A DNA stretch of 64,000 nucleotides from Gammaproteobacteria bacterium UBA3067 (GCA_002366835.1 DFBZ01000060.1:83011-147010); one strand, 5' to 3'; shown: positions 51,221-62,010, numbered from the stretch's first letter. A program made the numbers and translations. The notes: generated from the letters alone by a model not told the origin.

Positions 51221-51913
51221 ATGCTTAACTGGCAAGACATTGATACCGTATTACTGGATATGGATGGCACCCTGCTGGATTTGCACTTTGACAACTATTT
51301 CTGGCTTCAGTACCTGCCTGAAAAATATGCCTCGACACAAAACATTTCACTGGATGACAGCAAAGAAGCGCTGCGGCAACGCTACCAGAGCCAAAGTGGC
51401 AAACTGAATTGGTACTGCCTTGATTTTTGGGGCAAGGAGCTGGCATTAGATATTCTGGAGCTAAAACGAGACATTCGCCACTTGATCGCGTTCCGGCCCC
51501 ATACCGAACACTTTCTGAAGCACTTAGAGGCCAACAATAAAAAGCGCATTTTACTCACTAATGCACACCCAGATAGCCTGCAGCTCAAGCTCGAACACAC
51601 CCAGCTGCATGAATATCTGGACGTCATACATAGCAGTCATCACTTCAACAAACCCAAAGAAGACCAGCAATTCTGGCCAGCTTTCCTAAAAAAAGAACAC
51701 CTGGATATTTCCCGCACGCTGCTTATCGATGACAGCATCGCGGTACTGGATAACGCCCGCGAATTTGGCTTTCAACACCTCCTTACAATAGGCCAACCGG
51801 ATAGCCAGCAAGCGCCAAAATCCAACGAAAATTATAAAACCATTCACTGTTTTACCCATATCACGCCAAACACTGGAGATAGCCTGCCTGTCCAGAAGCC
51901 AGCATCCCAATGA
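51221..51913 (+). CDS. yrfG: HAD-family GMP/IMP nucleotidase
   Basis: From MLNWQDIDTVLLDMDGTLLDLHFDNYFW... to RILLTNAHP and LLIDDS, collinear with E. coli YrfG as I remember it. The ORF-track start at 51152 lies inside repeat copy B and is rejected. Confidence 0.75.
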   Translation: MLNWQDIDTVLLDMDGTLLDLHFDNYFWLQYLPEKYASTQNISLDDSKEALRQRYQSQSGKLNWYCLDFWGKELALDILELKRDIRHLIAFRPHTEHFLKHLEANNKKRILLTNAHPDSLQLKLEHTQLHEYLDVIHSSHHFNKPKEDQQFWPAFLKKEHLDISRTLLIDDSIAVLDNAREFGFQHLLTIGQPDSQQAPKSNENYKTIHCFTHITPNTGDSLPVQKPASQ

Positions 51914-52314
51914 CAGAAAAAAACAACCCAGAAACAAGCTCTGTTCGCATCGACAAATGGCTATGGGCAGCCCGTTTCTTCAAATCCCGCTCCATCGCCC
52001 ATGATGCCGTCACCGGAGGCAAGGCCCACCTCGCTGGACAGCGCGTCAAAGCCAGTCGGGCCGTACGAGTCGGCGATACCCTGCAAATACGCCAAGGCTA
52101 TGACGAAAAAACAATTATTGTCACCGGGCTTTCAGAAAAACGCGTATCAGCCACACTGGCCGCATTACTTTATGAAGAGACCTCAGAAAGCATCAGTAAA
52201 AGAGAGTCCGAGCGGCAACAGCGCCAATCCCTACCTAATCACTCGCCCAGCAAAAGACCAAACAAAAAAGAACGCCGACAGATAAAAGGCTTTCGCCAGA
52301 ACAACCAGGACTAA
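51910..52314 (+). CDS. hslR: Ribosome-associated heat shock protein Hsp15 (S4 domain)
   Basis: VRIDKWLWAARFFKSRSIAHDAVTGGKAHLAGQRVK...LLYEETSESISKRE. ATGA overlap with yrfG. Confidence 0.85.
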   Translation: MTEKNNPETSSVRIDKWLWAARFFKSRSIAHDAVTGGKAHLAGQRVKASRAVRVGDTLQIRQGYDEKTIIVTGLSEKRVSATLAALLYEETSESISKRESERQQRQSLPNHSPSKRPNKKERRQIKGFRQNNQD

Positions 52315-52490
52315 GTCCTTCAAGCTCGAAAACAGTGTCGTCCAGGCAAATAATCGGGGGGATTAATCCTCCTCAGCATCTGTGTCCGTTACAAAAAACA
52401 GCCGCGTATTCACAGCCTGCACGTTTATCAAACAGTCTAATTTTGGTAGCATCCCTTCCCCCGAAATGAGATCAGATTTGCATTTATCTT

Positions 52491-53390
52491 ATGAACAACA
52501 AAGACTACAGCCAGCGTTTTATTTTTGAAGACCTCGATATCAGAGGAGAGTTTGTTCACCTAGAGAGCAGCTATCAGGCCGTCCTGTCAAATGGCGACTA
52601 CCCTGAAGTCATACAGCGTCTGCTGGGCGAACTGGTCTGCGCATCTGTTCTGCTCAGCTCCATCCTTAAATATGAAGGTCGTCTCGCGATTCATGCCCAA
52701 AGTGAAGGCCCCGTAAAGCTCCTGGTGGCAGAATGCAGTGATAAAAACGGCGTCAGAGCCATCGCACACTTTGATGAAGAGCGCCTGACAGACTTCGATC
52801 AAAACACCCCTTTAAGCGCCTTAATTACCGGCGGACAACTCGCCATCATGATTCAGCCCGCCAAGGGAAAGCAGTACCAAGGTATCGTCCCCCTTAGTGG
52901 TAATACCCTTGCGGAATGCTTAGAAGGTTACTTCGAGCAGTCCGAGCAGCTGCCAACCCGAATTTACCTTGCAGCGGATCAACAAAAAGCCGGCGGGCTC
53001 TTGCTTCAACAACTACCCGGGAGCCCTGACGGCGTAACGGAAGAAGCCAGCAACCAGTGGGAACACATCACCACACTGGCAAACACTACCCGCTCCCAGG
53101 AGCTAACCGAACTCTCTGCAGACACCCTGCTCAGCAGGCTATTTGTAGAAGAAAGCATTCGCGCCTTTGAAGTTCAGAGTGTCAACTTCCAGTGCCGTTG
53201 CTCAAAAGAAAAAACCCGCTTTGCACTTTCCGCCATGAAGCGCCAAGAGCTGGAGGATATTCTTGAAAAGAAACAATGCATTGCAGTGGACTGCCAGTTC
53301 TGCACCACCCGATACGAGTTTACACGTGACGACCTGAAGCTCCTGGATCAACAAGAAGCACCTCAGAACCAGACTGCCACCCTCCACTAA
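52491..53390 (+). CDS. hslO: Redox-regulated chaperone Hsp33
   Basis: RFIFEDLDIRGEFVHL. C-terminal zinc centre CRCS...CQFC. Confidence 0.9.
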   Translation: MNNKDYSQRFIFEDLDIRGEFVHLESSYQAVLSNGDYPEVIQRLLGELVCASVLLSSILKYEGRLAIHAQSEGPVKLLVAECSDKNGVRAIAHFDEERLTDFDQNTPLSALITGGQLAIMIQPAKGKQYQGIVPLSGNTLAECLEGYFEQSEQLPTRIYLAADQQKAGGLLLQQLPGSPDGVTEEASNQWEHITTLANTTRSQELTELSADTLLSRLFVEESIRAFEVQSVNFQCRCSKEKTRFALSAMKRQELEDILEKKQCIAVDCQFCTTRYEFTRDDLKLLDQQEAPQNQTATLH

Positions 53391-53786
53391 AACCCATTCA
53401 GGCAGGGTACATACTGCCACCCTGAATATGGAGGAGTAAAAGCACCTACAGATGCCAATGCACTAAGATTAAGCAAACCTTGTCTTCTTTAGCAATTTCC
53501 AATTTTTTTTGGCATAATAAGCGCCCATTTAAACAGATCAAGCGGTCGTGGTGTAAAGAGAACAGCCTTGAATCTCGGCCACGCGCCTTAACAGGCAACG
53601 AAGACCACTATCCAGGTTAGCGCTAGCAGTCTCAACACTGCATAGGAAGTATTCGGGTTAACACTCACATGGCCGCAAAAATCACCCCAAAATGGTTTGC
53701 TCAGCACCTGCACGGAGCAAGCGTTACACGACTTGACCACTCAACCGTAAAATATAGATAGCTCAAAGCTAAAGGATCAAATCGCA

Positions 53787-55340
53787 ATGACTCGTCACTC
53801 AGAAACCCCTTCTGTTTACCAAGATCTCAGCCCAGCGCAGCTTCAGGAACTAGCCATCTTGCGCGGAGAAGGACGCCTGTCCGACACTGGCGCATTGGTT
53901 GTAAATACCGGCGCTCGTACTGGTCGCTCACCGAAAGACCGCTTCATCGTTGACGAGCCAAGCACTGCCGAGCACATTCACTGGGGCCCAGTAAACCGTC
54001 CTTTCCCAACTGACAAATTTGATGCTCTTTGGGAGCGCGTTGAAGAGTTCACCTCCGCAGACACTGTTTTTAAGGCAGACCTCCACGTCGGTGCCGACCC
54101 TGATCACTACCTGGCCGTTAAGGTCAGCACCCAAACTGCTTGGCACAACATGTTCGCCCAAACCATGTTTATTCGCCCAACGCATTTCAACCCGAAAGGT
54201 AAAGAGCCGTGGCAAATTCTGCATGCACCTGAATTCATCTGCGAGCCAGAGCGCGATGGCACCAACAGCGAAGGCTGCGTCATCATCAACTTTGCCCAGC
54301 GCAAAGTACTGCTCGCAGGCATGCGATATGCTGGCGAAATGAAGAAAGCCATGTTCTCTGTACAGAACTTCCTCCTTCCCGAAAAAAATGTTTTGCCAAT
54401 GCACTGCGCAGCAAATGTTGGCGAAGATGGCGGGGTTGCATTGTTTTTTGGACTATCAGGAACCGGAAAAACCACCCTTTCGGCAGACCCTGAGCGCTAC
54501 TTGATTGGTGACGATGAGCATGGCTGGGACAAAGGCAGCGTGTTCAATATCGAAGGCGGCTGCTATGCAAAGTGCATTAACCTAAGCAAAAAAAATGAGC
54601 CTGTAATCTGGGACGCCATCAAATTCGGCACCGTACTTGAGAATGTAATCGTTGATGAAGAGGCTCGCACCTCTGATTATAACGATGTATCCCTCACCCA
54701 GAATACCCGCGCTGCCTACCCGCTTGAGCACGTAGAAATGCGCCAGGAGGCCAACCGCGCAGGTGAGCCCAAGCACGTTATCTTCCTGACATGCGACCTG
54801 ACCGGCGTACTTCCTCCCGTATCCAAGTTAAGTAATGAAGCTGCGGCTTATCACTTTCTGAGTGGTTACACTGCGCTAGTTGGCAGCACTGAAATCGGCT
54901 CATCTGCCGAAATCAAATCCACCTTCAGCACCTGCTTTGGCGCACCCTTCTTCCCCCGCCCTGCCAAAGATTACGCAGAGTTACTGATAAAACGTATCAC
55001 TGAGTTCAACTCCAGCGTATTCCTAGTAAATACTGGCTGGACTGGCGGGCCCTACGGCGAAGGTGAGCGCTTCGACATCCCCACCACACGAGCCATTATT
55101 CGCGGTATTCTTACCGGCACCCTTGATAATGTAAAAACCACGCACATTGACAAAATAAACCTTGATGTCCCGGTTGCGGTGCACGGTGTAGAAACGGAAT
55201 TACTGATTCCTCAGAACACCTGGAAAGACCCGAAAGCCTACGAAGAAAAAGCGAACGACCTGGCCAAACAGTTCCAGGAAAACTTCGCGAAATACGACGT
55301 ACCTGAAGAAATCGTTAAAGCCGGCCCTCAAGTCGACTAA
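53787..55340 (+). CDS. pckA: Phosphoenolpyruvate carboxykinase (ATP)
   Basis: [35 protein letters not shown]. Confidence 0.97.
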   Translation: MTRHSETPSVYQDLSPAQLQELAILRGEGRLSDTGALVVNTGARTGRSPKDRFIVDEPSTAEHIHWGPVNRPFPTDKFDALWERVEEFTSADTVFKADLHVGADPDHYLAVKVSTQTAWHNMFAQTMFIRPTHFNPKGKEPWQILHAPEFICEPERDGTNSEGCVIINFAQRKVLLAGMRYAGEMKKAMFSVQNFLLPEKNVLPMHCAANVGEDGGVALFFGLSGTGKTTLSADPERYLIGDDEHGWDKGSVFNIEGGCYAKCINLSKKNEPVIWDAIKFGTVLENVIVDEEARTSDYNDVSLTQNTRAAYPLEHVEMRQEANRAGEPKHVIFLTCDLTGVLPPVSKLSNEAAAYHFLSGYTALVGSTEIGSSAEIKSTFSTCFGAPFFPRPAKDYAELLIKRITEFNSSVFLVNTGWTGGPYGEGERFDIPTTRAIIRGILTGTLDNVKTTHIDKINLDVPVAVHGVETELLIPQNTWKDPKAYEEKANDLAKQFQENFAKYDVPEEIVKAGPQVD

Positions 55341-55362
55341 AAACAAGCTCATCAGCGACCCC

Positions 55363-55400
55363 AAAGCTGCTCATACATAATGAGCAGCTTTCCCGCCTTT
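55363..55400 (+). terminator. Terminator hairpin after pckA
   Basis: AAAGCTGCTCA-TACATAA-TGAGCAGCTTT followed by CCCGCCTTTT. Confidence 0.65.
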
Positions 55401-55730
55401 TATATCCAGACAAAACATCCCAAGCACCTCCTCGAATCAATCACACGCCTTCAGAAAAAACCCTTCTCGCGCCGCCAAGTTTCGTTAAAAAATCATAAAA
55501 CCCCCTTGCAGCTATTATTAGCCTATAACACTCCGGCTTACACCCCGTCCTTTTTTCAACCCCATTTTGTCAGCAACTACCCCACTGCAACCAAGATACC
55601 TACACCCGTTCGCCGAATATCTCCCTTCGATGACACTATTACTGACTGACCCCAGGAAAGGCTTACGCTATAATCGAGTCGCTCACCTCAGGCACCCGCA
55701 ACCCCCGTTAACTTAATAAGTGTTTTCCAG

Positions 55731-58073
55731 ATGACAAGTATCCCTCAGCAAATTGCCCAAGAATTACAAGTTTCCGAAAAACAGGTCAATGCGGCCATCA
55801 AACTCCTCGATGAAGGAGCCACCGTTCCCTTTATCGCTCGTTACCGCAAGGAAGCAACAGAGGGCCTAACAGACACCCACTTACGCCACCTAGAAGAACG
55901 CCTCGTATACCTTCGCGAGCTAGAAGAGAGAAGACAGAGCATTCTCAAAAGTATCGATGAGCAAGGCAAGCTTGATGACAGACTAAAGAACGAAATTCTT
56001 AACGCTGATACAAAAACCCGCCTAGAAGACCTCTACCTCCCCTATAAACAGAAGCGCCGCACCAAAGCACAAATTGCCCGCGAAGCAGGGCTCACTCCCT
56101 TGGCAGAGGCCCTTTACCAAAATCCAGACCTCAGCCCCGAACAAGAAGCAGAGAAATATCTCAATAAGGAAATGAAGATAGAAGACACGACTGCTGCACT
56201 CGCTGGCGCCAAGCAGATCCTTATGGAAAACTTTAGTGAAGATGCAGACCTGCTGGAAAAATTAAGAAATGAGCTAAAGGAATGTGGCCAGGTTATCGCT
56301 AAAGGCGTTAAAGGAAAAGAAGAAGAAGGGAAGAAATTCAGCAACTACTTCGACCATATTGAGGCGGTGAATAAAGTACCCTCCCACCGTGCGCTTGCCA
56401 TGTTTAGAGGCAGAAAGGCCGGTTTTCTACAAATCAGCATCCAGCACAAAAACCTGACGGATAGTAGCGACCCCTGCATCGGCCTAATCGCCCAGCACGC
56501 ACAAATTTCTGACCAGGGCAGAGCAGCTGACGCCTGGCTAAATGAAGCGGTACTCTGGACATGGAAAGTCAAACTACACAACCAGATAGAAAGCGAGCTA
56601 CTCTCCCAGATCAGAGAACGCAGTGACGAAGAGGCCATCAAGGTTTTCGCCAAAAACCTTGAAGACCTCCTTATGGCCGCTCCTGCTGGTGGGCGCGCCA
56701 TACTCGGCCTCGACCCTGGTCTAAGAACAGGCGTAAAGGTAGCCGTCACCGACACAACCGGCGAGCTGCTGGCACACAGCACTATCTTCCCCCACGCCCC
56801 GAAAAACCAGTGGCAGCAATCCATTGATAAGCTTGCCCAACTGTGTAAAAAACATCATGTCGACTTAATCAGCATTGGTAACGGTACTGCTTCGCGGGAA
56901 ACAGACAAGCTGGCCGGAGATCTCATAAAACAACACCCCGATCTCAAACTGAAAAAGGTCGTTGTCAGCGAAGCTGGCGCATCGATTTACTCTGCTTCCG
57001 AATATGCGGCAAAAGAGTTTCCTGATCTTGACGTTAGCATCAGAGGTGCCGTATCCATCGCCCGGCGCTTGCAAGACCCACTTGCCGAGCTGGTGAAAAT
57101 TGATGCGAAATCCATCGGTGTTGGACAGTACCAGCATGACGTTAGCCAGTCTCGTCTCGCTCGCTCTCTCGACGCAGTGGTTGAGGACTGTGTAAATGCT
57201 GTCGGCGTTGATGTGAACACTGCCTCAGCCCCGCTTATGAAACGCGTGGCCGGCCTAAGCCAAACCATTGCCAATAACATCGTCACATTCCGTTCCAAAA
57301 ATGGCCCCTTTAAAAATAGAGCGCAGCTGAAACAAATCCCCCGTTTTGGTGAAAAAACCTTTGAACAATCTGCCGGTTTTCTACGCGTTATAAATGGTGA
57401 GAACCCACTGGATGGCTCCGCTGTTCACCCCGAAAGTTACTCCATCGTAGAAAATATCGCCAAATACTGTGAGCGCCCCGTTGAAAACTTAATCGCCAAC
57501 GGTGAGGCACTTAAAGCCCTTAACCCGGATGAATTTACAACAGAGAAATTTGGCCTGATCACTGTTCAGGACATTCTCTCTGAGCTTGAAAAGCCCGGCC
57601 GTGACCCAAGGCCAGAGTTCAAAGCACCTGAGTTTAAAGAGGGCGTTGAAACCCTCAAAGACCTCAAAGAAGGCATGATTCTAGAGGGCGTAATTACCAA
57701 TGTCACAAACTTTGGCGCGTTCGTTGATGTCGGCGTACATCAAGATGGCCTAGTACACATATCTGCACTGGCGAATAAGTTTGTAAAAGACCCAAGAGAA
57801 GTCGTCAAAACGGGGGATATCGTTAAAGTAAAAGTACTTGAGGTGGATATCTCACGCGCTAGAATCGCTCTCACCATGCGCCTAGAGGAGCAGCCAGAAC
57901 AAAAGGTTTCAGGCAAACCCGCACAAAACACCAGACCAACCGGAAATAAATCTCGGCCAAACAAAGCTGGTAAAAGCCAGACTAATACAAATAAGAGCCA
58001 CACATTACCACCCGGAAAAACCGGCACCATGGCAGACCTTTTTGCCAATGCAAAAACATTAAAGAAAAAGTAA
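55731..58073 (+). CDS. tex: Transcription accessory protein Tex (YhgF), C-terminal S1 domain
   Basis: IAQELQVSEKQVNAAIKLLDEGATVPFIARYRKEATEGL, a YqgF-like region GLDPGLRTG, and an S1 domain GMILEGVITNVTNFGAFVDVGVHQDGLVHIS. Confidence 0.93.
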   Translation: MTSIPQQIAQELQVSEKQVNAAIKLLDEGATVPFIARYRKEATEGLTDTHLRHLEERLVYLRELEERRQSILKSIDEQGKLDDRLKNEILNADTKTRLEDLYLPYKQKRRTKAQIAREAGLTPLAEALYQNPDLSPEQEAEKYLNKEMKIEDTTAALAGAKQILMENFSEDADLLEKLRNELKECGQVIAKGVKGKEEEGKKFSNYFDHIEAVNKVPSHRALAMFRGRKAGFLQISIQHKNLTDSSDPCIGLIAQHAQISDQGRAADAWLNEAVLWTWKVKLHNQIESELLSQIRERSDEEAIKVFAKNLEDLLMAAPAGGRAILGLDPGLRTGVKVAVTDTTGELLAHSTIFPHAPKNQWQQSIDKLAQLCKKHHVDLISIGNGTASRETDKLAGDLIKQHPDLKLKKVVVSEAGASIYSASEYAAKEFPDLDVSIRGAVSIARRLQDPLAELVKIDAKSIGVGQYQHDVSQSRLARSLDAVVEDCVNAVGVDVNTASAPLMKRVAGLSQTIANNIVTFRSKNGPFKNRAQLKQIPRFGEKTFEQSAGFLRVINGENPLDGSAVHPESYSIVENIAKYCERPVENLIANGEALKALNPDEFTTEKFGLITVQDILSELEKPGRDPRPEFKAPEFKEGVETLKDLKEGMILEGVITNVTNFGAFVDVGVHQDGLVHISALANKFVKDPREVVKTGDIVKVKVLEVDISRARIALTMRLEEQPEQKVSGKPAQNTRPTGNKSRPNKAGKSQTNTNKSHTLPPGKTGTMADLFANAKTLKKK

Positions 58074-58186
58074 ATAGCGCGAGCAGTCTATCGGGGTTTC
58101 TCACTGGTATTTCTGTTAGCACCCATTTTTTCTGCGAGAGTTCTTCTCTCGCGCCCACCCTTTGGCATTGTTAACGAGTAAATGAT

Positions 58187-59758
58187 TTGAGCGACTTATT
58201 TGATCAATATATCAACGGGCTGAGCCAAACGCGGGGCCTGCAGTCTATCCAGGGCATTCGTCGAGGCATTGAAAAAGAAAGTCTGCGGGTCAGCCCTGAT
58301 GGACACCTCGCTCAAACTCCCCACCCTCGCGGACTCGGCTCAGCACTCACCCACCCTGCCATCACCACCGACTACTCCGAAGCACTGCTGGAGCTGATTA
58401 CACCAGCATTCACACGCATTGAGGAGACCCTGGGCTATCTTAAAAACACGCATATCTTTACCTATCAAAACATCCCTGATGAATTACTATGGGTAAACAG
58501 CATGCCCTGCATTATGGGTGAAGAACATACAATTCCCATCGCGCAATATGGCTCCTCCAACATTGGCAAGATGAAAAGCATTTACCGCAAAGGCCTTGGT
58601 CACCGTTATGGGCGTTTAATGCAAACCATATCAGGCATCCACTATAATTTTTCTTTTCCAGAAGAGTTTTGGCTTCACTACCAGGACGTACTGAAAAACC
58701 GCCAGCCGCTGGAAAATTTCACGTCTCAGCAGTACTTTCATTTAATCAGAAACTTTCAGCGCTTCAGCCCACTGCTTATTTATCTTTTTGGTGCCTCACC
58801 AGCAGTATGCGCATCCTTCCTTTCCGGGCGTAGCCATACACTTCAGCAGCACACGTCTCCCGGCACCTTATACCAACCATTCGCAACCTCATTACGCATG
58901 AGTGACCTCGGTTACCAGAACGATACGCAGTCAGGTCTTAATATTTCCTATGACTCAGTACAGGACTATGCCGCCACGCTACGCGCTGCCATGGGCACGC
59001 CCTACGCTCCTTATGAAAAGTTAAATGCAGGTATCGGGCAAACACCCCAACAACTCAGCAGCCATATTTTACAGATTGAAAATGAATATTATGGGCAAAT
59101 CAGGCCAAAACGAAACGCAAAAAGTGGCGAGCGACCCACGACGGCACTGATGCAACGAGGCGTTGAATATATTGAAATGCGTTGCATCGACCTTAACCCC
59201 TTCCTGGACGTTGGGATTGACGCCGAGCAAATGCGCTTTTTAGACAGTTTTGCGCTGTATTGCCTGCTGCATCCCAGCCCCCCTTTTGATGCACAAGAAC
59301 TGAAAGACATTAAGGCAAACAACCAACAGGTCGTCCTGGAAGGTCGAAATCCGCAGGCAAACTTCCTACTTAACGGAAAACAAAGTTCTATCACAAGCTG
59401 GGCGAAAGGAATCTGGCCAGAGCTGGAGGGTATCGCTGAACTGCTCGACCAGGCCCATGATAATGGCGAGTTGTACCGCTCTGCCCTGAAAGCCCAACAT
59501 CAAAAGCTGGAAAACCTTGAGTTAACACCCTCCTCAAGAATTTTGAGAATACTAGAGGAGGAGAACATCAATTTTTTTGATTTCGCCATCGACAGGGCAG
59601 CCCAGAGTGCCAAGGCCTTTCGAGCAAAAAAACTTAAGCCCGGAGATCAGGCGTATTTCGAGCAATTGGCAAAGACTTCACTCGACCAGCAAGATCTGCT
59701 GGAACAACAGAATGAACCACCCTTCGAGACTTACTTACACAACTATCTTAATACGTAG
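58187..59758 (+). CDS. gshA: Glutamate--cysteine ligase
   Basis: GIRRGIEKESLRV, GSALTHPAITTDYSEALLELITP, MQTISGIHYNFS. TTG start. Confidence 0.9.
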   Translation: MSDLFDQYINGLSQTRGLQSIQGIRRGIEKESLRVSPDGHLAQTPHPRGLGSALTHPAITTDYSEALLELITPAFTRIEETLGYLKNTHIFTYQNIPDELLWVNSMPCIMGEEHTIPIAQYGSSNIGKMKSIYRKGLGHRYGRLMQTISGIHYNFSFPEEFWLHYQDVLKNRQPLENFTSQQYFHLIRNFQRFSPLLIYLFGASPAVCASFLSGRSHTLQQHTSPGTLYQPFATSLRMSDLGYQNDTQSGLNISYDSVQDYAATLRAAMGTPYAPYEKLNAGIGQTPQQLSSHILQIENEYYGQIRPKRNAKSGERPTTALMQRGVEYIEMRCIDLNPFLDVGIDAEQMRFLDSFALYCLLHPSPPFDAQELKDIKANNQQVVLEGRNPQANFLLNGKQSSITSWAKGIWPELEGIAELLDQAHDNGELYRSALKAQHQKLENLELTPSSRILRILEEENINFFDFAIDRAAQSAKAFRAKKLKPGDQAYFEQLAKTSLDQQDLLEQQNEPPFETYLHNYLNT

Positions 59759-59814
59759 CAGGAATGGAGCTCTTAACTGCCATGGCAGGCCGGGTATTCC
59801 GCTCAGCCTTTGCA

Positions 59815-60207
59815 TTACTTCTGAATTATAAAGTTGGTAAAGAGCAAATCCTCAATCATAGGAGCCCCCTCTTCCTCCTGCAACACTTTCTGAACCGCTT
59901 CTAAAGCCTGCTGCCGAAGCCCCTCTTTACCCTCCCTGGTTGTGAGTGCCGCCTCATCCTGCCGACTAAACAAGGAAACCAACTCACTGCGAATATAGGG
60001 TAAATGCCACACCACTCTTTCTTTATCCGAGCTTACAATACGCAGGGATATATCCGACTTGAAATAACGCAATTTCCCCACCCCACCATAATTGGTGACA
60101 ATGGACGGTTTAACCTCCAGATAAGAGGTGCTTACTTTTTCTTCTTCCGCCATAGCAATAGTGACAAAAACAAAAAAACACCCCAAAAGAACAACTATTT
60201 GTCGCAT
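59815..60207 (-). CDS. FliL-like membrane protein (orphan)
   Basis: From MRQIVVLLGCFFVFVTIAMA (one TM segment), then YLEVKPSIVTNYGG...RYFKSDISLRIV...LFTNFIIQ, resembling the FliL pattern. The ATG at 60207 is preferred over the ORF opening at 60237. Confidence 0.5.
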   Translation of the reverse strand: MRQIVVLLGCFFVFVTIAMAEEEKVSTSYLEVKPSIVTNYGGVGKLRYFKSDISLRIVSSDKERVVWHLPYIRSELVSLFSRQDEAALTTREGKEGLRQQALEAVQKVLQEEEGAPMIEDLLFTNFIIQK

Positions 60208-60247
60208 ATCTATCCTCCAGCTAGCACCCCGCCCCAAACAAACCTTA

Positions 60248-60414
60248 AACCTAGAAACCTCAGTTGGGCGCGAAAAAGATGTGCAAGATATTGGCGTGAA
60301 TAGGGAATTTTAAAAATTCGTGTTCACCTTATTGGTGATGAGAACTTTTTAAAATTTTCTAGATGCGTCAAGGGCTTGTACAGACTTTCGTGATCCAACT
60401 GAGGTTTTTAGGTT
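60248..60414. repeat. Structured intergenic repeat, copy E (167 bp, 20-bp arms)
   Basis: Arms are AACCTAGAAACCTCAGTTGG and CCAACTGAGGTTTTTAGGTT (19/20 complementary). The arms are related to copies F and G. The interior carries the GCGAAAAAGATGTG... core shared with A, B and C. Lies in the divergent fliL-like/dsbB promoter region. Confidence 0.7.
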
Positions 60415-60547
60415 AAACCTAGCGGGATAATGAACTGTAAGCATAGTTACAATTACAGAATCCTTCCTTACACTTCGTCCCTTAGAAAGCTTGTCACCGA
60501 GTTAAAATTATCTTAATGTCATTATTGATGTTAGATGAGGATTAAAA

Positions 60548-61066
60548 ATGAAAGCTCTTAGTTGCCGCTCCTGTAACTGCTTGGCATTTTTTGCCGCAGT
60601 AGGTGCCATGGCATTTGCTCTGTACTTAGAACACGTCGATGGTTTAGAACCCTGCCCACTTTGCGTATTTCAGCGGGTAGCAATGATAGCAACCGCCCTT
60701 ATTTTTCTTACTGCCTTTGCTCATAACCCAAAAATCATTGGGCAGCGCATCTATTCCGTGCTTGCGATCATTGCATCGGGCACTGGCGTCGCTATTGCCG
60801 CAAGGCATTCTTGGTTGCAACACCTCCCTCCTGATGAAGTCCCTGCCTGTGGGCCTGGGCTGAACTACCTGCTCGAAGCCTTCCCCATGGTAGATGTGTT
60901 TCAAATTGTTTTTAACGGTTCGGGGGAGTGTGCGTCAATTAGCTGGCGTTTTCTTGGGCTGACCCTACCAGAGGCAACTTTGCTTGTTTTTGTTAGCTTT
61001 ATTCTCTTTGCCGTATTCCAATTCTTTTACACAAAGGTTTGCCACTTAAAGGAAACAACCCAGTAA
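60548..61066 (+). CDS. dsbB: Disulfide bond formation protein B
   Basis: Four TM segments. CPLCVFQR (CxxC) in loop 1 and a second Cys pair (C...C) in loop 2. Confidence 0.9.
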   Translation: MKALSCRSCNCLAFFAAVGAMAFALYLEHVDGLEPCPLCVFQRVAMIATALIFLTAFAHNPKIIGQRIYSVLAIIASGTGVAIAARHSWLQHLPPDEVPACGPGLNYLLEAFPMVDVFQIVFNGSGECASISWRFLGLTLPEATLLVFVSFILFAVFQFFYTKVCHLKETTQ

Positions 61067-61085
61067 GTATTTTTGACGAAATTCT

Positions 61086-61112
61086 AAAAAAGCCGCTTAG
61101 AGCGGCTTTTTT
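61086..61112 (+). terminator. Rho-independent terminator of dsbB
   Basis: AAAAAAGCCGCT-TAG-AGCGGCTTTTTT. Confidence 0.8.
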
Positions 61113-61122
61113 ATTGCTTTAT

Positions 61123-61152
61123 TAATATGCTGTACCTATAGGCAGCATATTA
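61123..61152. promoter_or_regulatory. Perfect 10-bp inverted repeat upstream of rsd (operator or second hairpin)
   Basis: TAATATGCTG-(10 nt)-CAGCATATTA, located 11 nt after the dsbB terminator and ~190 nt upstream of rsd. Confidence 0.3.
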
Positions 61153-61343
61153 CCTAATATCTAGTTCCTTCATTTTCTTAGATAATAATCTACTTTGATG
61201 TGAAACCTTTTTTTGTCTATCTTGAAGCCTAGTGCTGACAAATATGAGCCAGCGACAAAGTTCCTGCATATCAATTCAGGAAAATGAGTGCCACAGACGC
61301 CTCTAATATAAACGGGTTAGACAAACCAGAAGGAAAACTAATC

Positions 61344-61820
61344 ATGCTAAATATGGAAAAACCAGCTAACGAAATTTGGGAAACTGTCGATAGTCACATT
61401 GTACGCTGGCTTGAGGAGCGACAAGCACTCATTAGCAGCTACTGTGATTTAAGTGGCGTAAAAGCCTACAGCAAGTCCAGCTCCCCCAGCTATCGCAAAC
61501 TGCAAGCCTTCTGTGAACAGCTCGTAGACTACGTTTCAAAAGGCCATTTTGAGATCTATCAAGAGCTTCAATTGGAAGCCCAAGCATTTAGCCTCGACCA
61601 AAGCCAGCTTCAACACATCTACCACAAGATTGAAATTACCACAGAGATCGCACTTGAATTTAACGACAAGTACGATGCTGAACCAGAGCACCTTGTTCAA
61701 GTCATCTCCAGCCTCACGCGAGACCTTTCAAAGCTTGGTGAAGCAGTTGCTCTGAGATTTGAACTTGAAGACCAGTTAATCGATCTTTCACACAAACAAA
61801 ATACCAAAAAAGTTGCCTAA
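61344..61820 (+). CDS. rsd: Anti-sigma-70 factor Rsd/AlgQ
   Basis: MLNMEKP...IVRWLEERQALISSYCDL...FCEQLVDYVSKGHFEIYQEL...ALRFELEDQLI is collinear with E. coli Rsd as I remember it. The ORF opens earlier, at 61284. Confidence 0.8.
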   Translation: MLNMEKPANEIWETVDSHIVRWLEERQALISSYCDLSGVKAYSKSSSPSYRKLQAFCEQLVDYVSKGHFEIYQELQLEAQAFSLDQSQLQHIYHKIEITTEIALEFNDKYDAEPEHLVQVISSLTRDLSKLGEAVALRFELEDQLIDLSHKQNTKKVA

Positions 61821-62010
61821 TAGGTCACCTACTTTTATCCCGCGACTACGAATTAGACGAGCCACTTCATGTGGCTCAGTTCTCTCACGTACTGAGTAAA
61901 AAGTCATACACCTTACGCCCCAACCCCTTTCACAGGAGCAGTTAAACGAGAGCCTCCAGGGTATACAGATTCCTTCTCAGCCACAGAAAAACATTATTAG
62001 CCATTCTAAA

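Noticed and set aside
53391-53786. 396-bp region upstream of pckA examined for a riboswitch, tRNA or sRNA
   Set aside because: I found only short alternative hairpins (GGCAG...CTGCC near 53405-53430). I recognised no T-loop or anticodon-arm pattern and no known riboswitch core.
55380-55649. 89-aa ORF after pckA
   Set aside because: It starts inside the pckA terminator hairpin, has no RBS, and its composition is Pro/Thr/Lys-rich low complexity with no recognisable motif.
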